Under the pieces are notes generated by a model. It made no database searches, was not told the origin of the DNA, and saw only the letters and a program-made list of their open reading frames with translations. Position numbers and translations under genes: made by a program. A DNA stretch of 64,000 bases from Aquabacterium sp. (lineage in GTDB: Bacteria > Pseudomonadota > Gammaproteobacteria > Burkholderiales > Burkholderiaceae_C): positions 5,882 through 69,881 of the forward strand of contig NZ_JBLIZW010000035.1 in NCBI RefSeq assembly GCF_048860245.1, written 5' to 3'. This document shows positions 37,706-47,030 of the stretch, piece by piece (positions within the stretch are counted from its first letter, which is position 1; every line of letters starts with the position of its first letter).

Positions 37706-37879
37706 GGTGTCGCCCTGAACAGTGGCTTGGATGAACGAGTCGTGAAATCGCGTGTGCGCCACAATCTGTGCTGTCAGCCTGCACTTCGTGTACTTTTGTG
37801 AAGCGGCTCGCTTGTTATCGGTTCAAAGTCTGAAAAACTTGAACACTTGTTCAGCAATTACCCTAAATTTGTCCACACC

Positions 37880-40465
37880 ATGTCCGCCAATCAGCTTCCG
37901 CTCGACGATGCGCCTGCCGCTGCCCTGGTCAGCGTCGAGCGCATGTTGTCGCAGGCGCACTTGATCGACGGCGGGCATTACGACGAGTTGTGCGAGCCGG
38001 ATGGCGAGGTGCGTCCTTCCTGGCGAGATTTCTGGTCGCATCTGGGGGCACCTCTTCAAGACCTGTCCCGACGCCAGCATCTGTTGACGCAGCAAATTCA
38101 GGAAGACGGGGTCACGTACAACGTCTACAACGCTTCGGGCGGCCCCAGCCGGCCCTGGTCGCTGGAAGTGTTGCCCATGATCGTGTCGGCGTCGGATTGG
38201 CAGGCGCTGGAGCGCGGGGTGATGCAGCGTGCCACCTTGCTGGAGCGCGTCCTGCATGACGTGTATGGCGAGCAGCGGGTGCTGCATGAAGCCTTGTTGC
38301 CAGCAGCACTCGTGCAAGGGCACCCTGGCTACATTCGTGGTTTGCAAGGGGTGCGCCCGATAGGGGGCGTGTACCTGCACATGCTTGCGTTTGATCTGGT
38401 GCGTGGGCCGGACGGTGCTTGGTGGGTGGCGGCACAGCGTACCCAGGCTCCTTCCGGATTGGGATACGTCATGCAGAACCGGCTGATCGTGTCTCGCCTG
38501 TTCCCCGATGCCTATCGGGCCATGAATGTCCAGCACTTGGCCAGCAGCTATCGGCAGTTGGTCGACACCATGGCTGCCTTGGCGGCACAGTGCGCGGGTG
38601 GCGAGCCCCCCCGGCTGGCGCTCTGGACGCCAGGTCCCTACAACGAGACCTACTTCGAGCAAGCCTACCTGGCGCGGTATCTCGGGTTGCCGTTGGTGGA
38701 GGGGGGCGATCTCATCGTTCGTGACGAGCATCTGTTCCTCAAAACCGTTCAGGGTCTGGAGCCCATTCACGGCTTGTTGCGTCGCCTGGATGACGACTAC
38801 TGTGACCCGCTGGAGCTGCGGGTGGACTCGACCCTGGGGGTGCCGGGACTGATGCAAGTCGTGCGCGCTGGCAATGTGGTGCTGGCGAATGCGCTGGGCA
38901 CGGGTTTTCTGGAGTCGCCGGCCGTCCATGGCTTCTTGCCCGCGCTGTCTGAGTCGATGCTGGGTGAACCCTTGCAATTGCCTTCTGCGCCGACCTGGTG
39001 GTGTGGCGAGGCAGCGGCCTGGGAGGCCGTCAAGCCGACCTTGGCACAGCAATTGGTGCGCCCCACGTATCCATGTCGACCGGGGCCGGAGTGCGAGACT
39101 TTGTACGGCCCCACGCTTTCTGCCCCTGGCCTCAAGACCCTGGAGGCGCGCATCAGCCAGAACCCGTCGGCGTTCACGGCACAGAACTATGTGCCCTACG
39201 CTCAGACGCCCGTGTGGACCGACGATCAGCTGCAGATGCGCGGTGCATCGCTGCGTGTGTACGCCTTGTCGGACGGTCATGGTGGATGGCGCGTGGTGCC
39301 GGGCGGCATGACCCGCATTGCCACCCGAGATGCTGGTCCGGTGTCCATGCAACTTGGCGGCAGCTCGCTGGACACGTGGGTCTTGACCGAGGGGGCGGTG
39401 GACGCCTTCTCGATGTTGCCCCAGTCGGTTCGGCTGGAAGAGTTGGCGCAGCGGCAGCGGCCCGTATCCAGTCGCACGGCAGAAAATCTTTTCTGGATGG
39501 GACGCTACACCGAGCGATGCGAGCAGCAGCTGCGCCTGGCGCAGGCCTTGATCAACCTGCGCGCCATCGATGACGAGCCGGACGAGGCCGTCTTGCGTGC
39601 CTTGTCCGCGTTGGGCATCACCAACGGCTTGGTGCCGCCGGGCACCCCTGGCCTGGATCGATCCGGTCGCGTGTTCGAGCGCGTGGCGCTGGAGGCCCTC
39701 ACCGATGCAGATGCCAAGCAAGGGGCCTTCAGTCTGGCATTCAATCTCTCGGCCTTGTCCCGCTCGGCCGAAGCGCTTCGGGAAAGACTGCTGCCATCCC
39801 AAACCCGGCTGATGCGCACCATGGTGGCCGATTTTCAGTCTCTGGCTTCAGAGGCTGAGCAAGAGGATGCCGTGCCCATCAGTGCGCGTTCGGGTGAAGT
39901 CATGGCCGCGTTGGACCATCTGGCCATTCAGTTGTCCGCCGTTACGGGGGCACAGACCGACCGCATGACCCGCGATGCGGGCTGGCGCCTGATGTCGGTG
40001 GGGCGCATGGTGGAGCGGCTGGTGGGGTACGCCAGCTTCTTGCGTGCCTTCTGGCGGGAGGGCGCGTTCCAGCATCCCCAGGGTTTTGATGTGGTGCTGG
40101 ACCTGTTTGACAGCACGATCACCTTCCGTGCGCGCTTTCAGCGGCGGCTGGAAGTGCCTGCCATGCTGGCGCTGCTGGTGCTCGATGAGACCAACCCCCG
40201 CTCCCTGGCTTGTGTGGTCCGACGTATGCGGACCGAACTGGGCAAACTGCCGGCGAGGACCGGTGCGCAGGACGATCTGCAAGCGTGGCTGCCATACGAG
40301 GGTCTGGGCGTCACCCTCGAAGAACTCTGCCATCCGGAAACCGGGCGCAAGGCGGTTCAGTCCTTGCTTGATCGCTTGGTGGAAGCAGGGTGGAAGCTGT
40401 CTGACGAGATCGGACGTCAATACTTTGCTCATGCTGAACCCAACGACTCGATGGTGAGTACATGA
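37880..40465 (+). CDS. Fusion protein: circularly permuted type-2 ATP-grasp domain + alpha-E domain
   Basis: The N-terminal about 480 aa are colinear with the 477-aa ATP-grasp protein at 41520 (LANALGTGFLESP vs LANAFGTGIADDK; GGMTRIA vs GGLTRVA; DTWVLTEG vs DTWVLED). The C-terminal half starts SRTAENLFWMGRYTERCEQ, matching the alpha-E protein at 42956. Confidence 0.85.
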   Translation: MSANQLPLDDAPAAALVSVERMLSQAHLIDGGHYDELCEPDGEVRPSWRDFWSHLGAPLQDLSRRQHLLTQQIQEDGVTYNVYNASGGPSRPWSLEVLPMIVSASDWQALERGVMQRATLLERVLHDVYGEQRVLHEALLPAALVQGHPGYIRGLQGVRPIGGVYLHMLAFDLVRGPDGAWWVAAQRTQAPSGLGYVMQNRLIVSRLFPDAYRAMNVQHLASSYRQLVDTMAALAAQCAGGEPPRLALWTPGPYNETYFEQAYLARYLGLPLVEGGDLIVRDEHLFLKTVQGLEPIHGLLRRLDDDYCDPLELRVDSTLGVPGLMQVVRAGNVVLANALGTGFLESPAVHGFLPALSESMLGEPLQLPSAPTWWCGEAAAWEAVKPTLAQQLVRPTYPCRPGPECETLYGPTLSAPGLKTLEARISQNPSAFTAQNYVPYAQTPVWTDDQLQMRGASLRVYALSDGHGGWRVVPGGMTRIATRDAGPVSMQLGGSSLDTWVLTEGAVDAFSMLPQSVRLEELAQRQRPVSSRTAENLFWMGRYTERCEQQLRLAQALINLRAIDDEPDEAVLRALSALGITNGLVPPGTPGLDRSGRVFERVALEALTDADAKQGAFSLAFNLSALSRSAEALRERLLPSQTRLMRTMVADFQSLASEAEQEDAVPISARSGEVMAALDHLAIQLSAVTGAQTDRMTRDAGWRLMSVGRMVERLVGYASFLRAFWREGAFQHPQGFDVVLDLFDSTITFRARFQRRLEVPAMLALLVLDETNPRSLACVVRRMRTELGKLPARTGAQDDLQAWLPYEGLGVTLEELCHPETGRKAVQSLLDRLVEAGWKLSDEIGRQYFAHAEPNDSMVST

Positions 40466-41421
40466 GTGAGCGAGAAGTGGCTTGGGCCCGACTCTCGGTC
40501 GAGCACGAAACACATTACAGCTATAGCTGGGCGGTGGAGCAGGCGCAACACATTGCCTGCCTGCGCCCTTTGTCGGATGAAGGGCAGACGCTGCTGCGGT
40601 TTGACATGTCTGTGCAGCCGCCGCCCGCACAGCACAGCACCCGGCGTGACACGCATGGCAACAGCAGCGCCTATTTCTCCATCCATGCAGCGCATGCCGA
40701 TTTGAATGTTCGTGCACGCAGCGAAGTCAGGGTGCTGCATCGCTATGCCGACCTCGATCCTGCCCGTGGGGCGACCTGTGGTGAGGTGAGGGAGCGCTTG
40801 GCCTACCGTGCGCATGCACCGTATGAAGAAGCCTGCGAGTACCTGTATCCCTCGCCGTTCGTGCCCAGGCATGCCGAGCTGGCCGCCTATGCCGCAGAGT
40901 CTTTGCAAGACGATCGTCCCTTGGCGGAGGCAGCCATCGAGTTGATGCAGCGCATCCACCGGGACTTCAAATACGCCCCGGCATCGACGGACATTTCCAC
41001 CCCCATCTCTGAGGTGTTTGCCAAGCGGCAGGGGGTTTGTCAGGACTTCGCCCACCTGATGTTGGGCTGTCTGCGTGCGTGGGGCGTGGCTGCACGGTAC
41101 GTCAGCGGCTATTTGCTGACGCAACCTCCCCCTGGCCAGGCGCCTTTGGTGGGCGCGGATGCCTCGCACGCGTGGTTGAGCGTGTGGGTCCCCGGACTGG
41201 GGCTGCCGCATGCACAAGATTGGCTCGATCTGGACCCCACCAACGATTGCGTGCCCGCCTTGCACCATGTCAGGGTGGCGCATGGACGCGATTTTGGGGA
41301 TGTCACGCCCCTGCGTGGTGTGATCCGCGGGGGCGGGCAGCACACCCTCTTGGTGCGTGTGACCACCCGCCTGTTGGAAGAGCACGATACACGCGCGATT
41401 AAATGCACCACAATGGTGTGA
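40462..41421 (+). CDS. Transglutaminase-family protein (Bact_transglu_N + transglutaminase core)
   Basis: The start overlaps the upstream stop (ATGA). Catalytic-type Cys/His/Asp contexts GVCQDFAHL, SHAWLSVW, DLDPTN. Confidence 0.85.
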   Translation: MSEREVAWARLSVEHETHYSYSWAVEQAQHIACLRPLSDEGQTLLRFDMSVQPPPAQHSTRRDTHGNSSAYFSIHAAHADLNVRARSEVRVLHRYADLDPARGATCGEVRERLAYRAHAPYEEACEYLYPSPFVPRHAELAAYAAESLQDDRPLAEAAIELMQRIHRDFKYAPASTDISTPISEVFAKRQGVCQDFAHLMLGCLRAWGVAARYVSGYLLTQPPPGQAPLVGADASHAWLSVWVPGLGLPHAQDWLDLDPTNDCVPALHHVRVAHGRDFGDVTPLRGVIRGGGQHTLLVRVTTRLLEEHDTRAIKCTTMV

Positions 41422-41519
41422 GTGCATGTCGTAGGTCAAGAAGCCGACACATCGCCTTGGCACACTCTGTGCATTGAATAGAGCACAGAGGGTTAAGAGA
41501 GCCCCGATGGGACCAAGCG

Positions 41520-42953
41520 ATGCGATTCTTTGACGAAATGCATGTGAGCAGCGCCCAAGTGCGCGACCACTACAAGGTGTACGACAAGTGGCTGGGCCGT
41601 CAGCCCCGGGAGCTCATGAGTTCCCGTCGGGAAGAGGCTGAGATGATCTTCCGTCGCGTGGGGATCACCTTTGCGGTGTACGGCGACAAGGACGAGGATG
41701 GTTCGGGCACCGAGCGCCTCATTCCCTTCGACCTGATTCCCCGCATCATCCCCGCCGCCGAGTGGAAGGAAATGGAGAAGGGGCTCAAGCAGCGCGTCAC
41801 GGCCCTCAACCGCTTCCTCGACGACATCTACCACGATCAGGAAATCCTGAAGGCGGGTGTCATTCCGGCTGAGCCCGTGCTCAACAACGCCCAGTTCCGC
41901 AAGGAGATGATGGGTTTGAACGTGCCGGGCGGCATCTACTCCATCATCTCGGGCATCGACATCGTTCGCGCCTGCAACCCGGATGGCAGCGGCACCTACT
42001 ACGTGCTGGAAGACAACCTGCGTGTGCCATCGGGCGTGAGCTACATGCTCGAAAACCGCAAGATGATGATGCGGCTCTTCCCCGAGCTGTTTGCCGAGCA
42101 CCGTGTGGCCCCCGTGGCGCACTACCCCGACTTGCTGCTCGACACCTTGCGCAGCATGGCGCCGGGTGGCGTGAACGAGCCCACCGCCGTGGTGCTGACG
42201 CCGGGCATGTACAACTCGGCCTACTTCGAGCATGCGTTCCTGGCCCAGCAGATGGGTGTGGAGCTGGTAGAAGGCAAGGACCTGTTCGTCAAGGATGACT
42301 TCGTCTACATGCGGACCACCCGTGGCCCTCAGCGTGTGGACGTCATCTACCGCCGCGTGGACGACGACTTCATGGACCCCGAGGTCTTCCGCAAGGATTC
42401 GACACTGGGTGTGGCCGGCTTGCTGCGCGCCTACCGTGCCGGCAACGTCACGCTGGCCAACGCATTCGGCACCGGGATTGCCGACGACAAGTCGATCTAC
42501 CCCTACGTGCCCAAAATGATCGAGTTCTACCTGGGCGAAAAGCCCATCCTGCAGAACGTGCCCACGCACATCTGCCGCGAACCCGATGCCCTCAAGTACA
42601 CCCTCGACAACCTGGCCGATCTCGTGGTCAAGGAAGTGCACGGGGCAGGGGGCTATGGCATGTTGGTCGGCCCCGCGGCCACCAAGGCCGAGATCGAAGA
42701 GTTCCGAAAGGTCCTGATCGCCAACCCGACCAACTACATCGCGCAGCCCACGCTGTCGCTGTCGATCTGCCCGACGTTTGTGGAATCCGGCATTGCCCCA
42801 CGCCACATTGATTTGCGGCCGTTTGTGCTGTCGGGCAAAGAGGTGCAGATGGTGCCGGGTGGCTTGACCCGCGTGGCACTCAAGGAAGGCTCTCTCGTGG
42901 TCAACAGTTCGCAAGGGGGCGGCACCAAGGACACCTGGGTTCTGGAGGACTGA
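41520..42953 (+). CDS. Circularly permuted type-2 ATP-grasp protein
   Basis: 477 aa, typical of the DUF404/DUF407-type family (YYVLEDNLRVPSGVSYMLENR, VDVIYRRVDDDFMDP, GGLTRVALKEGSLVVNSSQGGGTKDTWVL). Confidence 0.85.
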   Translation: MRFFDEMHVSSAQVRDHYKVYDKWLGRQPRELMSSRREEAEMIFRRVGITFAVYGDKDEDGSGTERLIPFDLIPRIIPAAEWKEMEKGLKQRVTALNRFLDDIYHDQEILKAGVIPAEPVLNNAQFRKEMMGLNVPGGIYSIISGIDIVRACNPDGSGTYYVLEDNLRVPSGVSYMLENRKMMMRLFPELFAEHRVAPVAHYPDLLLDTLRSMAPGGVNEPTAVVLTPGMYNSAYFEHAFLAQQMGVELVEGKDLFVKDDFVYMRTTRGPQRVDVIYRRVDDDFMDPEVFRKDSTLGVAGLLRAYRAGNVTLANAFGTGIADDKSIYPYVPKMIEFYLGEKPILQNVPTHICREPDALKYTLDNLADLVVKEVHGAGGYGMLVGPAATKAEIEEFRKVLIANPTNYIAQPTLSLSICPTFVESGIAPRHIDLRPFVLSGKEVQMVPGGLTRVALKEGSLVVNSSQGGGTKDTWVLED

Positions 42954-42955
42954 TC

Positions 42956-44014
42956 ATGCTGAACGAACGCATTGAAGAGCACCTGCCATCCCACCTCATC
43001 GAGACTGAATCTGGGGCATTGCGTGTGAGCAATGCTTCGTATCTGGAGACCAAGCCCATGCTGTCGCGTACCGCCGACCACCTGTTTTGGATGGCCCGCT
43101 ACATGGAGCGTGCCGAGAACACGGCCCGCCTGATCGATGTGAACTATCAGACCTCCCTGCTACCGCAGTCCAGTGAGACGGCCACGCAAGGGTGGAAGGG
43201 CTTGTTGAGCATCAGCGAACTGATGCCCGACTACACCCAGCGGTTTGAGACGGTCAACGCGCGTGACGTGATGGCCTTCATGGTGACGGATGCCAACAAC
43301 CCATCTAGCATCTATTGCTGCTTGCGTGCGGCACGTGAGAACGCGCGTGCCGTGCGTGGCGCGCTGACCACCGAAGTGTGGGAAACCATGAACCAGACCT
43401 GGCTGGAGTTCAACCGGCTGGTCAAGTCCGGCTTGCTGGCGAAGGACCCGGGCGAGTTGTTTGAGTGGGTGAAGTTCCGTTCGCACCTGTCTCGCGGGGT
43501 GACCTTGGGCACCATGCTGCAGGACGAAGCCTTCCACTTCCAGCGCATTGGCACCTTCCTGGAACGCGCCGACAACACCGCACGTTTGCTGGATGTGAAG
43601 TTCCACGCTCGCAACACCGAGTTCTTCGGGTCAGGCATTGGCAACGAAGGCAAGGAAGTGGACTTCTACCACTGGTCGGCCGTGTTGCGCAGCGTGTCGG
43701 CATTTGAGGTCTACCGCAAGGTGTACCGCGATGTGATCCGTCCGGAAAAGGTGGCCGAGTTGTTGATGCTCCGCGCCGAAATGCCTCGCTCACTGGTGCA
43801 TTGCATGGACGAAGTCGTGCGTAACTTGCGCGCCGTGGGCAACGACCACAGCCAGGAAACGATCCGTCGTGCTGGACGCCTGCGTGCCGACTTGCAGTTT
43901 GGGCGCATTGATGAAATTCTGGCGACCGGCCTGCACGCCTACCTGACCCAGTTCCTGGATCGTGTGGGAGACCTGGGCTACGGCATCAGCCGTGACTTCC
44001 TGATGCCATCTTGA
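42956..44014 (+). CDS. Alpha-E domain protein
   Basis: The start is 2 nt after the ATP-grasp stop. LSRTADHLFWMARYMERAENTARL and a second repeat, FHFQRIGTFLERADNTARLLD, are typical of the alpha-E family. Confidence 0.85.
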   Translation: MLNERIEEHLPSHLIETESGALRVSNASYLETKPMLSRTADHLFWMARYMERAENTARLIDVNYQTSLLPQSSETATQGWKGLLSISELMPDYTQRFETVNARDVMAFMVTDANNPSSIYCCLRAARENARAVRGALTTEVWETMNQTWLEFNRLVKSGLLAKDPGELFEWVKFRSHLSRGVTLGTMLQDEAFHFQRIGTFLERADNTARLLDVKFHARNTEFFGSGIGNEGKEVDFYHWSAVLRSVSAFEVYRKVYRDVIRPEKVAELLMLRAEMPRSLVHCMDEVVRNLRAVGNDHSQETIRRAGRLRADLQFGRIDEILATGLHAYLTQFLDRVGDLGYGISRDFLMPS

Positions 44015-44030
44015 GCATCCGGCACCCATG

Positions 44031-44062
44031 AAAAAAGCCGACCTGGTGAGGTCGGCTTTTTG
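44031..44062. terminator. Bidirectional rho-independent terminator
   Basis: AAAAAAGCCGACC-tggtga-GGTCGGCTTTTTG lies between the convergent alpha-E and yggX genes. Confidence 0.7.
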
Positions 44063-44080
44063 TTTGGCTGAACGCCAGAT

Positions 44081-44353
44081 TCAGGCGGAAGGCGGGACGT
44101 AGCCTGCGACCTGTTCGGCACCACCGCCGAAGAAGAATTGCTCCATCTGGCGGGCGAGGTACTGGCGTGCGCGTGCATCGGCCAGGTTCAAGCGGTTTTC
44201 ATTGACCAGCATGGTCTGGTGCTTGAGCCACATCTGCCAAGCTTCCTTGCTGATCTCGTTGTAAATGCGCTTGCCCAGTTCACCAGGATAGGGAGCGAAA
44301 TCCAAGCCATCACCTTCCTTGTTGAGGTGCTTGCAGAAAATGGTACGTGCCAT
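44081..44353 (-). CDS. yggX: Oxidative-damage protection / Fe(2+)-trafficking protein YggX
   Basis: Trimmed to ATG at 44353. [52 protein letters not shown] is a clear YggX signature. Confidence 0.88.
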   Translation of the reverse strand: MARTIFCKHLNKEGDGLDFAPYPGELGKRIYNEISKEAWQMWLKHQTMLVNENRLNLADARARQYLARQMEQFFFGGGAEQVAGYVPPSA

Positions 44354-44387
44354 GGTGTCGATCAGTGCAATGAATGCAGTGGAAAGA

Positions 44388-45773
44388 TTATTTGAGGTGC
44401 TTGACCAGCACTTGTGAGCGCCGGTCCCATTTGTAGTTGCGCTTGCGCGCTTCTGGCAGCCAGTTCGGGTCAACCGGTGCGAAACCACGCTTGATAAACC
44501 AGTGCATGGTACGCGTTGTCAATACAAACAGTGTGGATAGGCCCATTGCCCGTGCACGCTGTTCGATGCGTTTCAGAATGCGTTCGCCGTCTCCTTGTCC
44601 CTGCACGCTGGGCGAGATGGTCAGCGCGGCCATCTCGGCTGTGCTGGCTTCAGGGAAGGGGTACAGCGCGGCACATCCGAAGATCACGCCGTCGTGCTCA
44701 ATGACGGTGTACTGCGCCACATCGCGCTCGATTTCGGTCCGGCTCCGCTTGACCAGCGTGCCATCTTGCTCGAAAGGCTCGATCAATTGCAGGATGCCCC
44801 CAACGTCATCAGGGGTGGCCTCACGCAGGCTTTCCAGCTTTTCGTCCACGATCATGGTGCCCACGCCGTCATGGGTGAACACCTCCATCAGCAGGGCGCC
44901 ATCGACCGAGAACGGCAGGATGTGAACGCGCTCAACCCCCCCTTCACAGGCCTTGACCGCGTGTTGCAGGTAAAACGCCGTGTCGGTAGGCTGCTGCGGG
45001 CTGGGCAGGGCGGCCAGCAGCTTGCGGGCATCGGCCAGCGCCAGTTCCTGGTCGATTTCGGCATCGGTGTCGTGCTGGGCGGCGCCGGCCAATTCTTGCG
45101 CGCGAGACGGGTCCTGCACGATGGCCTGCAGCACGCCACGCACCTCGGTCACGAAGATCAGCTTGTCAGCCTGCAGGGCGATGGCCGCGCTGGTGGCCAC
45201 GTCTTCCATGGTCAGGTTGAAAGCCTCGCCGGTGTGCGAAAAGCCAAAGGGCGAGAGCATGACCAGCGCACCAGTATCAATGGCGCGACGGATGGCCACG
45301 GCGTCAATCTTGCGGACCAGGCCGGTGTGCATGAAGTCCACGCCGTCAACGATGCCCACGGGGCGCGCGGTCACGAAGTTGCCGGCGATGACACTGATCG
45401 AGGCACCCGCCATGGGGGTGTTGGGCAAACCCAGCGAGAACGCCGCCTCGATTTCGTACCGCAACTGACCTGCGGCCTCCTGGGCGCAATCAAGCGCCAC
45501 CGGATCGGTGATGCGCATGCCATGGCTGAAACGTGAGGCCTGCCCCTTGAGCCGCAATTGCTCTTCCAGCTGAGGACGGAAACCGTGGGCCAGGACAATC
45601 TTGATGCCCATGGCCTGCATCAGCGCCAGGTCCTGAACGAAGTTTTCCAGCTTGCCGGCAGCGATCAATTCCCCAGACAGACCCACGACAAAGGTCTTGC
45701 CCCGGTGGGCGTGGATGTGGGGTGCCACGGAACGAAACCAAGGCACGAATGTATGAGGAAAGACCAGGTCCAT
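44388..45773 (-). CDS. argA: Amino-acid N-acetyltransferase (N-acetylglutamate synthase)
   Basis: 461 aa with an amino-acid-kinase fold plus a C-terminal [26 protein letters not shown] is a typical ArgA N-terminus. Confidence 0.9.
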   Translation of the reverse strand: MDLVFPHTFVPWFRSVAPHIHAHRGKTFVVGLSGELIAAGKLENFVQDLALMQAMGIKIVLAHGFRPQLEEQLRLKGQASRFSHGMRITDPVALDCAQEAAGQLRYEIEAAFSLGLPNTPMAGASISVIAGNFVTARPVGIVDGVDFMHTGLVRKIDAVAIRRAIDTGALVMLSPFGFSHTGEAFNLTMEDVATSAAIALQADKLIFVTEVRGVLQAIVQDPSRAQELAGAAQHDTDAEIDQELALADARKLLAALPSPQQPTDTAFYLQHAVKACEGGVERVHILPFSVDGALLMEVFTHDGVGTMIVDEKLESLREATPDDVGGILQLIEPFEQDGTLVKRSRTEIERDVAQYTVIEHDGVIFGCAALYPFPEASTAEMAALTISPSVQGQGDGERILKRIEQRARAMGLSTLFVLTTRTMHWFIKRGFAPVDPNWLPEARKRNYKWDRRSQVLVKHLK

Positions 45774-45800
45774 GGATGCACAAACGGTGAATTCAGCCGC

Positions 45801-46946
45801 TTATGTTACGGGGTTTGGAAGACAGGTCGGCACCAGCACTTCAATACGGTCTCTGCCAGACGTCTTGGCACGGTACAGCGCCTGGTCTGCGCGCTCGATG
45901 GCCTGCTCGTAAGGCTCGCCGGGCAAAGCGCAAGAGACCCCGGCCGAGCAGGTGATGCGCACATCCGGATAGGTCGGCAACAAGGAGGCTGCGCGCAGGC
46001 GTTGATACATGCGCTCCAGGGCGATCAAGGCCTGTTCGGGCTTGGTGTCGGGGTACATCAGCAGAAATTCTTCGCCGCCCCATCGGGCCAGAACATCAAA
46101 CTGCCGCAGGGTTTGCGAGGCCAGCTCCGCAAAATTGCGCAGCACCTCGTCACCGGCATGGTGACCATATTCGTCATTGATGCGCTTGAAATGATCCAGA
46201 TCGAGCATGACCAAGGTGGTCGTCTGGCGAAGCCGATCTTTACGGATCCATTCGTTGTGCAGCAATTCCTGCATCCGCCGCCGATTGATGAGGCCGGTGA
46301 GCGAGTCGTGTGCCGCAATCACCTGCACCTCATCCAGCACGGAGCTGAGTGATTCGCGCTCACTGGTCAGCTTGAGCCGGAGTTCGCTGACGCGCTGGGC
46401 GACCCACGATGACGACGCGATGATCACGCAGGCAAAGGCCCATTGCGCCATGTCTGCCACGACATCCATTTGCTGGGGGTGAATCAGCCAGTCCAGCGTC
46501 ACCGCCAAAGCCAGGGCCGACACGCTCACGTGGCTGACCAGACGCAGAGCACGTGGTGTCAGGGTGAATTGCCCTGGCAGCAGCACGACGGGCAGCACGG
46601 CGAGCACGACGCTGCGTAGCCGGATGTCGACCGTCAGGTACGCAATGCACGCAGCGAAAATGCAATACAGCAACTGAGCCAGAAACATGTCCGGATCTCG
46701 GAGATGTATGGACAGGCCGCTGCGGAGCATGCCGTAAAAGAAAACGGCACCGAACAGCAGGCAGGCCTCCAGCCAGTGCCCCAAGCCCGGCCAGGCGTGA
46801 TCCGAGTGGACGGCCACGATCGTCAGGCAGGTATGAAACAAGTAGAGCAAGCTGACCACCAGGGTCAGCCCAATTGCTTTGTGGCGGCTGGTATCCGGCC
46901 CCAAGAAAAGGGCGGTCAACCGATGCTTGAGCGATGCTCTGTTCAA
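45801..46946 (-). CDS. Membrane-anchored GGDEF diguanylate cyclase
   Basis: N-terminal multi-pass hydrophobic region. C-terminal GGDEF domain (RWGGEEFLLMY, with RINDEYGHHAGD). Apparent TTG start, so start confidence is lower. Confidence 0.8.
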   Translation of the reverse strand: MNRASLKHRLTALFLGPDTSRHKAIGLTLVVSLLYLFHTCLTIVAVHSDHAWPGLGHWLEACLLFGAVFFYGMLRSGLSIHLRDPDMFLAQLLYCIFAACIAYLTVDIRLRSVVLAVLPVVLLPGQFTLTPRALRLVSHVSVSALALAVTLDWLIHPQQMDVVADMAQWAFACVIIASSSWVAQRVSELRLKLTSERESLSSVLDEVQVIAAHDSLTGLINRRRMQELLHNEWIRKDRLRQTTTLVMLDLDHFKRINDEYGHHAGDEVLRNFAELASQTLRQFDVLARWGGEEFLLMYPDTKPEQALIALERMYQRLRAASLLPTYPDVRITCSAGVSCALPGEPYEQAIERADQALYRAKTSGRDRIEVLVPTCLPNPVT

Positions 46947-47030
46947 GCTGGAATCTCACTCACGGCGCCTAGCGTCGTGTATTGCTGTTTTAGGGCATCG
47001 TACACCTTACGCCGTGGCAAAAGAATGGGC

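Noticed and set aside
44081-44488. N-terminal extensions in the ORF track. Examples: yggX 135 aa, DUF3833 255 aa, SnoaL-like 187 aa, CFA synthase 468 aa, amidase 528 aa, MlaF 277 aa, MCP 539 aa.
   Set aside because: The extensions overlap upstream genes and lack family similarity. Internal ATGs coincide with signal peptides, RBS or ATGA stop/start overlaps, so the shorter models were used.
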